Source: Pseudomonadota bacterium
Lineage (GTDB): Bacteria; Pseudomonadota; Alphaproteobacteria; RF32; CAG-239
Assembly (NCBI GenBank): GCA_918234285.1
Contig: CAKJXZ020000030.1
Span: forward strand, 59,932 to 123,931
Direction of reading: 5' to 3'
Length of the DNA: 64,000 nt
Shown here: piece by piece, positions 59,032-64,000 of the stretch
Layout: every line of letters starts with the position of its first letter
How positions within the stretch are numbered: position 1 is the stretch's first letter
The notes under the pieces: generated by a model
Told to the model about the DNA's origin: nothing
Databases searched by the model: none
Seen by the model: the letters and a program-made list of their open reading frames with translations, nothing else
Program-made: the position numbers and the translations under genes

Positions 59032-59376
59032 TTAAAACATTCCGCCATTCCAGCCCCAGAGGTCGACCGGATGGTAGGTTACGTAAACATTTGCGCCGTC
59101 AATACCGTAATCGTTTTGCAAAATGTCGCAAATCTCTCTGGTTAAGCCCTGGCACGCCGATTTAGACGCCGAGCCCAGTAGCCGGATAGCGATATAAGCG
59201 CCTTTATCCAGCTTTTTCTCCGCCATATATAACGATTTATCGTCCTCAATGTTCGCCATAATATAGGCTTTCGGCTTTCCAAATGCGGCCGATACAGCAC
59301 CGGTCAGCTTCTTTTGAAAGTCATCTTTCTGGTTTGCGTCCAGTTTAATACTCATTTTTGCTTCAATGTACGGCAT
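59032..59376 (-). CDS. MIF/phenylpyruvate tautomerase family protein
   Basis: Catalytic N-terminal Pro (MPYI), GKP..YIM, WGWNG. Confidence 0.88.
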   Translation of the reverse strand: MPYIEAKMSIKLDANQKDDFQKKLTGAVSAAFGKPKAYIMANIEDDKSLYMAEKKLDKGAYIAIRLLGSASKSACQGLTREICDILQNDYGIDGANVYVTYHPVDLWGWNGGMF

Positions 59377-59490
59377 TTTTTATCTCCCTTATAAAAATAA
59401 CAGTTGCTTTAATTATCACCGCAAAATGCGAGATGTCAAAAAGAAAAAACTTTTGATACAACATATTCATCGATGCCGAAGATTTTCAAC

Positions 59491-59534
59491 GGGTCCTTCC
59501 TGGCGATTTTTATATGCGGGGCCGCAAGCCGCGC
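59491..59534 (+). other. Lambda-like cosQ/cosN site
   Basis: GGGTCCT-N~21-(cg)gggccgcaagccgcg versus lambda GGGTCCT...cg-gggcggcgacct-cgcg. Confidence 0.6.
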
Positions 59535-59564
59535 CGAAAATCTAGTCAAACGACTTTTTGTTTA

Positions 59565-59776
59565 CTGGTCACCCCTTTGCGGAAAGCCTTATTCCATAAG
59601 GGTTTTGAGAGATTGTGAAAAATTCTGGCTGGTCACTGGTCACTTCTGGCTGGTCACTTGCCTGGTCACCCGAGATTTTCCATCCGTAAATTCCACAAAT
59701 TGCCAAACAAAAAAATCACAAATGACCAAACGAAAACTCCACAATTTGCCGAATAAAAAAATCACAAATGACCGAA
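59565..59776 (+). repeat. Five ctggtcac octamers and two 38-bp direct repeats
   Basis: ctggtcac at 59565, 59629, 59636, 59650, 59662; ccacaa.ttgcc.aa.aaaaaaatcacaaatgacc.aa at 59693 and 59739. Confidence 0.85.
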
Positions 59777-59894
59777 TTTGAAATAAATATTTTGGAAAAT
59801 CAATATGATATATTTAATTGAAAAATTGCTGTAACCATGATTTTTAAGTAAAAAAAGGAGCTGGTAATCAGCCCCTTTTTTATTAGATAGTAAT

Positions 59895-60251
59895 TTAGGC
59901 ATTGGCTTTGAGATAATAAGTTCGGATACTATCTTTCTTTTCGGAGGTGATGGTTCCACCAGTCTTTTTAGCATAAGCTGACATCGCACCGCGTATGGAG
60001 TTTTCTTTCCATCCGAGGGCTTCCGCCATCTCTTTTAAGGTTGCACCTTCCGGGCGGCTGAGCATCACAACCATAAAAGTTGTTTTATCGCGGTGGTCTA
60101 TGGCCATAGGCTGGGGCTGATTAACTGTTACCTCAGGCTCGACTAATTTTTGGTTTTTATTTAATTTGTTGCCCGAGTGTTTTACGGTAATTTTTGATGT
60201 AGGCTTTTTTGCTTTAGCCTTGGTTTTTAAGCTTTTCTTTTGTGTTGCCAT
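59895..60251 (-). CDS. DUF3489 domain protein
   Basis: ML.RPEGATL.EM.EALGW..NSIRGAMS. Confidence 0.9.
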   Translation of the reverse strand: MATQKKSLKTKAKAKKPTSKITVKHSGNKLNKNQKLVEPEVTVNQPQPMAIDHRDKTTFMVVMLSRPEGATLKEMAEALGWKENSIRGAMSAYAKKTGGTITSEKKDSIRTYYLKANA

Positions 60252-60283
60252 GTTTTTATCCTTTCAATTTGGTTGTTACAACA

Positions 60284-60315
60284 CAATGAATGCTTGGAAA
60301 TAAAATTATATCCAG
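60284..60315 (-). promoter_or_regulatory. Element-specific promoter-like motif, copy 2
   Basis: ctggat-N14-aagcattcattg. Confidence 0.7.
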
Positions 60316-60427
60316 TAAATAATGCATATAAAGAGAAGAAATAGCACATTAATGCGAAAATAATCGATAATATAACCTTGTAAAAAAAAAATTAAATTAA
60401 TATACTCCGGACTATGGAGACGTCTTA

Positions 60428-60892
60428 ATGATCAAAGTTTTGTTTGTATGTTTGGGGAATATTTGTCGGTCGCCGATGGCGGAGTTTGTGTTTAAGCAAA
60501 TGGTCGCCGAAAAAGGGCTGTCGGAGCAGTTTTATATTGATTCTGCCGCCACCGAGCGCTTTAACGAGATGTGCCACGCCGGCATTCATCACGGCACCCG
60601 TGACAAGCTGAAAGCCATGAAAGTTCCGTTTGAGGAGCATTATTCGCGGCAAATTCGCCCGCGCGATTACGTGTATTTTGACTACATTATCGCGATGGAC
60701 GACAGCAATATCGACGACATTTTGGAGATTGTCGGTCCGGATACCGAGCGCAAAATTTATCGCCTGCTTGATTTTACGGACCATCCTCGCAATATCCGGG
60801 ACCCGTGGTACACCGGTAATTTTGACGAGAGTTATGACGACATCAGCGAGGGCTGTCAGGCATTTTTAGATTCATTGGATTTGCGGGCTTGA
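60428..60892 (+). CDS. Low molecular weight protein-tyrosine phosphatase
   Basis: VCLGNICRSPMAE, DSA, DPWY. Confidence 0.95.
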   Translation: MIKVLFVCLGNICRSPMAEFVFKQMVAEKGLSEQFYIDSAATERFNEMCHAGIHHGTRDKLKAMKVPFEEHYSRQIRPRDYVYFDYIIAMDDSNIDDILEIVGPDTERKIYRLLDFTDHPRNIRDPWYTGNFDESYDDISEGCQAFLDSLDLRA

Positions 60893-61119
60893 CGTTCGTC
60901 CTTTAGCTCGGTTTCGCATTGTTTGTACAGGGCGACCATTTGTTCCAGCTTGTGCCTTATACGAAATAATCGGTCCTGCGGCTTTATCGGTAGCGGATTG
61001 CCGTAGGCCTGCTTTAACAGCGTTTCTATTTGCGTAAGTGTACGACAGGCGTTATAATACAACATCCGAAAAGTTGTCCGGTTGCTCGGTTTAATATCCT
61101 CATATTTGCGCATTTTCAT
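60856..61119 (-). CDS. Hypothetical protein
   Basis: Coupled (ATGA overlap) to the upstream ORF. Confidence 0.55.
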   Translation of the reverse strand: MKMRKYEDIKPSNRTTFRMLYYNACRTLTQIETLLKQAYGNPLPIKPQDRLFRIRHKLEQMVALYKQCETELKDERQARKSNESKNA

Positions 61120-61421
61120 AATTCAATCCCCATATAACGGCAGTAGCTTGATCCTGACGGGTCGACGTAAAGCGTTGGCTTGCCAGGGCATTGTAGGGCA
61201 ACCACTTGGCGGTGGTTTTCGTCGTCGTAGCCACCCTTGCCGGATAGGAAAATGTAATCATCTAGCGGGAATAGACAAACCGCATCATACCAAACGGCCG
61301 GTAATTCAACCGTTTCCGCTATCACAACTTCCTCGGCCTGCAGAGCATAGCGCCGGCATAACTCCATTACTTCGTCGATGTCTGAGGGCTTCCGGACCAT
61401 ATAAATTTTAACTGTTTTCAT
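61116..61421 (-). CDS. Hypothetical phage/element protein
   Basis: AAGGA RBS; RKP..., DY.FL...GG, LYVDPSGSSYCRY.G resembles small mobile-element proteins. Confidence 0.7.
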   Translation of the reverse strand: MKTVKIYMVRKPSDIDEVMELCRRYALQAEEVVIAETVELPAVWYDAVCLFPLDDYIFLSGKGGYDDENHRQVVALQCPGKPTLYVDPSGSSYCRYMGIEL

Positions 61422-61443
61422 GGCTGTTCCTTTCGTTACAACC

Positions 61444-61475
61444 CAATGAATGCTTGGAAATGGGGCAATATCAAG
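61444..61475 (-). promoter_or_regulatory. Element-specific promoter-like motif, copy 3
   Basis: cttgat-N14-aagcattcattg. Confidence 0.7.
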
Positions 61476-61808
61476 TACAATATGACGTTTGTCGCACAAT
61501 TCTTCAAAATTTCAGAGAAATAGTGATTTTTTGAGCGGCTGTATTGGGCATACAGTGCGAGGAAAATTGGTGTTTATATGAAATTTTGAAGTTTGCCCTT
61601 CGGGTTTGCCTGCAAAAGTGTTCTGCTTTGTCATTAAACTTGAAAATATGCTCTATATTCTCGGCGTTTAACTCCGCGCATAACGCTTTTGCAGAGCAAA
61701 TGCAACAATGTTATACTGCACTTGGTATTGCCCATCAGTCCAGTGAAATAGGTAAAAAAAATGCAGATTTTCTATAGCCTGCCATCGTTTTTGGAAAGTA
61801 TGCTTTTT

Positions 61809-63839
61809 TTATTTATACAAATAATGCAACAGACTTGCATCATGTAAGGCATCTGCATCATAAAGTACTGAAATTTCTTCATCCGGTGTAAATTGCGGAA
61901 TTTTCCCATAATTTATGTAATTATGTAATTTTATGAGAGCTTCATTTCTAACACTTTTTCCGAATTCGGGAGCCGGACCGTTTGTTTTTAACATATATGT
62001 ATGAATTTCAAGCAAATAATTATCATCAATCAAATCCAGCACTCCGTTTGTTTTCTTATCCTTTTTGAGTACGGCATAAATTCTTTTAGCTTTATTTGCA
62101 ACCTGCGGGATATGTATTTCTTCAGGAATAACAAACCACTTTCTCTTTAATAAGCCTAAACCAATACTTTCATAAGATGAAAGTGATGCCAGCGGAATAG
62201 AAAGCATCAATCCGATGGTAATCGGCAAAATCCAATAAAAAAGCGAATTAAGTTGAAAATAGACGAGCAAGGTTGTTGCAATTCCTAAAATCGTGTGTCC
62301 GATATATCTGTTGAAGGCAGTTTTCCAATTTGTTCGCCCGTCACGATTTTGCGCACTCCAACCGGAATCCTTGCCAGACAGAATTTCCAAAACTATTTTT
62401 GTTTGCGAAACCATCATAATCGGCGCAATTAAGGCCGAAAACAAAATTTCAAATATAAAGCTTTTTATTGCTCCGAAAACTCCTCCTATTTCTACCTTTT
62501 TATAATTTTTAATATATACTATCAAACCAAGTAATTTTGGAAAAATCAGCATAAACATTGAAATTGCAAACAAGGTAATAGTTCCTATTTTATTGAAAAT
62601 AGGCCAATTCGGGAATAATGTTTCTTCAACCGGAAAATATTCAGGAGGAAAATAAATTCGTCCTAAGGCTACCAAAATGCCAAAAATTAAAAACGAAAAC
62701 CATAAAGGAGAAGATAGATATGACATAATCCCTATTGTAAAATGTATACGGCTTATCGGATGAATATGCTTAGAAAACAAAATTTTTAAGTGTTGTATAT
62801 TACCCTGACACCATCTTCTATCCCTAATTGTAAAGTCTAACATACTTGGAGGGCATTCTTCATAGCTACCAGATAATTCCGGTACCAACCAGGCAAACCA
62901 ACCTCCGCGTCTGATGAGGGCTGCCTCCACAAAATCATGACTCATTATATATCCGCCAAATGGTTTAGGACCTTTCAATACCGGCAGACCGCAACAGTTT
63001 ATGAATGCCTGCACCCTTATAATAGCATTATGTCCCCAATAATTACTATCATGCACCTGCCAAAAACTGGAGCCGACAGCTACAATCGGTCCATATACTT
63101 TTCCGGCAAATTGTTGAATGCGTGAAAATAATGATTTACTGTTAATACACAATGGAGGCACCTGAATAATACCTGCGGTTTCATTAACCTCCATAAGTTG
63201 CGACATTTTAACAATTGTTTCACCACTTAATAAACTGTCTGCATCTAATACTACCATAAAATCATAAAGGGCACCCCATTTGTGGCAAAAATCCTCAATA
63301 TTACCGCTTTTACGCGCAATATTTTTTGAGCGTCTTCGATAATAAAGATTGATGTCATCAGGCATTTGTTTACGTGCATTAATCCAAGTGTTTTCTTCTT
63401 CAATCCAAATTTTAGGATTATTAGTATCACTCAAGATATAAAAATCATAGGCTTTTGCCTGACCGGTACGTTCAATTGACTGCGCCATTGACACAATATT
63501 AGCAAAAACTCTTTTTGAATCTTCATTATATATCGGCATTAAAACAGCTGTTCTGGTAGAAAGAGCAGAATCCTTTTCAGGCCAGTTTAACCCTGCTTGA
63601 TTTTTATATCGTAATAATTCAATAAAACCACACACGCTTGACCAGAAAAACATTGATATCCATGCCGTAGTAAGCATATACAATAGCGTCAATATAAACT
63701 TGACAGTTATTGAGGATTCGCTTGGCATATATAGCGTCCACTTGAATGTTAAATAGGCAGTGGTCAAAGCCATCAGACCGAAAATAATAATTCGGCGCCA
63801 TTTAATTGTTGATTCTGTAATTAAGCGAGTTTTAAACAC
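61809..63839 (-). CDS. mdoH: Glucans biosynthesis glucosyltransferase H
   Basis: MPIYNED, ILSDT, RKSGNI, LDADS, NYWGHNAIIR, SHDFVEAALIRRGG, RDRRWCQGN. Confidence 0.95.
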   Translation of the reverse strand: MFKTRLITESTIKWRRIIIFGLMALTTAYLTFKWTLYMPSESSITVKFILTLLYMLTTAWISMFFWSSVCGFIELLRYKNQAGLNWPEKDSALSTRTAVLMPIYNEDSKRVFANIVSMAQSIERTGQAKAYDFYILSDTNNPKIWIEEENTWINARKQMPDDINLYYRRRSKNIARKSGNIEDFCHKWGALYDFMVVLDADSLLSGETIVKMSQLMEVNETAGIIQVPPLCINSKSLFSRIQQFAGKVYGPIVAVGSSFWQVHDSNYWGHNAIIRVQAFINCCGLPVLKGPKPFGGYIMSHDFVEAALIRRGGWFAWLVPELSGSYEECPPSMLDFTIRDRRWCQGNIQHLKILFSKHIHPISRIHFTIGIMSYLSSPLWFSFLIFGILVALGRIYFPPEYFPVEETLFPNWPIFNKIGTITLFAISMFMLIFPKLLGLIVYIKNYKKVEIGGVFGAIKSFIFEILFSALIAPIMMVSQTKIVLEILSGKDSGWSAQNRDGRTNWKTAFNRYIGHTILGIATTLLVYFQLNSLFYWILPITIGLMLSIPLASLSSYESIGLGLLKRKWFVIPEEIHIPQVANKAKRIYAVLKKDKKTNGVLDLIDDNYLLEIHTYMLKTNGPAPEFGKSVRNEALIKLHNYINYGKIPQFTPDEEISVLYDADALHDASLLHYLYK

Positions 63840-63862
63840 TCTAAATCTCCTGATAATACTGA

Positions 63863-64000
63863 TTATTTATGCAATGCAATAGGCTCTATTTTCTGAGTTG
63901 GAATAACCGATACTTTATAATGAGGAACAACAGTAAATGCAGAATTTTTGAAATACTCATCAGCCTTAGTAAAATCAGGCAATAGCGCATCAATTCCGTA
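63863..64000 (-). CDS. 3' end of an unidentified gene upstream of mdoH
   Basis: Open frame YGIDALLPDF...EPIALHK-stop from the window edge. Confidence 0.45.
   Translation of the reverse strand, partial: YGIDALLPDFTKADEYFKNSAFTVVPHYKVSVIPTQKIEPIALHK

Larger units (their letters stand above)
53095..61500. mobile_element. Serine-recombinase integrative element / defective prophage or satellite (right boundary not found)
   Basis: DUF2924 + large serine recombinase + phage-type rep + cos-like site + DUF3489; begins where the tRNA 3' copy is cut off. Confidence 0.7.

Noticed and set aside
61544-61777. 77-aa ORF between the element and mdoH
   Set aside because: TTG start, no RBS and no recognisable motif.

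Overview
Chromosomal window of an alphaproteobacterium. The gene order rpoZ-spoT-acpS, lpoA-rsmI-yraN, thiE-like-efp-suhB-rpmE-DUF1013, zapA-6S RNA and yejAB is typical of the class; rubrerythrin and an ADP-dependent kinase suggest an anaerobic, probably gut-associated lineage (inference). The backbone carries SRP RNA, 6S RNA, tRNA-Ser(CGA) and tRNA-Pro(TGG). There are two mobile regions. (1) A 7.6-kb island in the 3' end of tRNA-Ser is bounded by a 17-bp direct repeat. It encodes an integrase, a second small tyrosine recombinase next to a lox/dif-like site, and a 164-aa HUH (rolling-circle-type) endonuclease flanked by structured, partly duplicated non-coding DNA. (2) A serine-recombinase element starts just past tRNA-Pro, with DUF2924, a phage-type replication gene, a lambda-like cos site and a thrice-repeated promoter motif, but no visible capsid or terminase genes. 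Other points of interest are tRNA-specific antisense hairpin elements behind both tRNAs, a tandem array of half-palindromes after acpS, an A10 slippage site in dnaX, a kinase/PPase/Nudix/GNAT fusion operon, a DUF1013-histone-like tail fusion, a membrane-anchored lysozyme-TPR protein and a triplet of unknown paralogs. All calls come from reading motifs by eye; no database searches were run.
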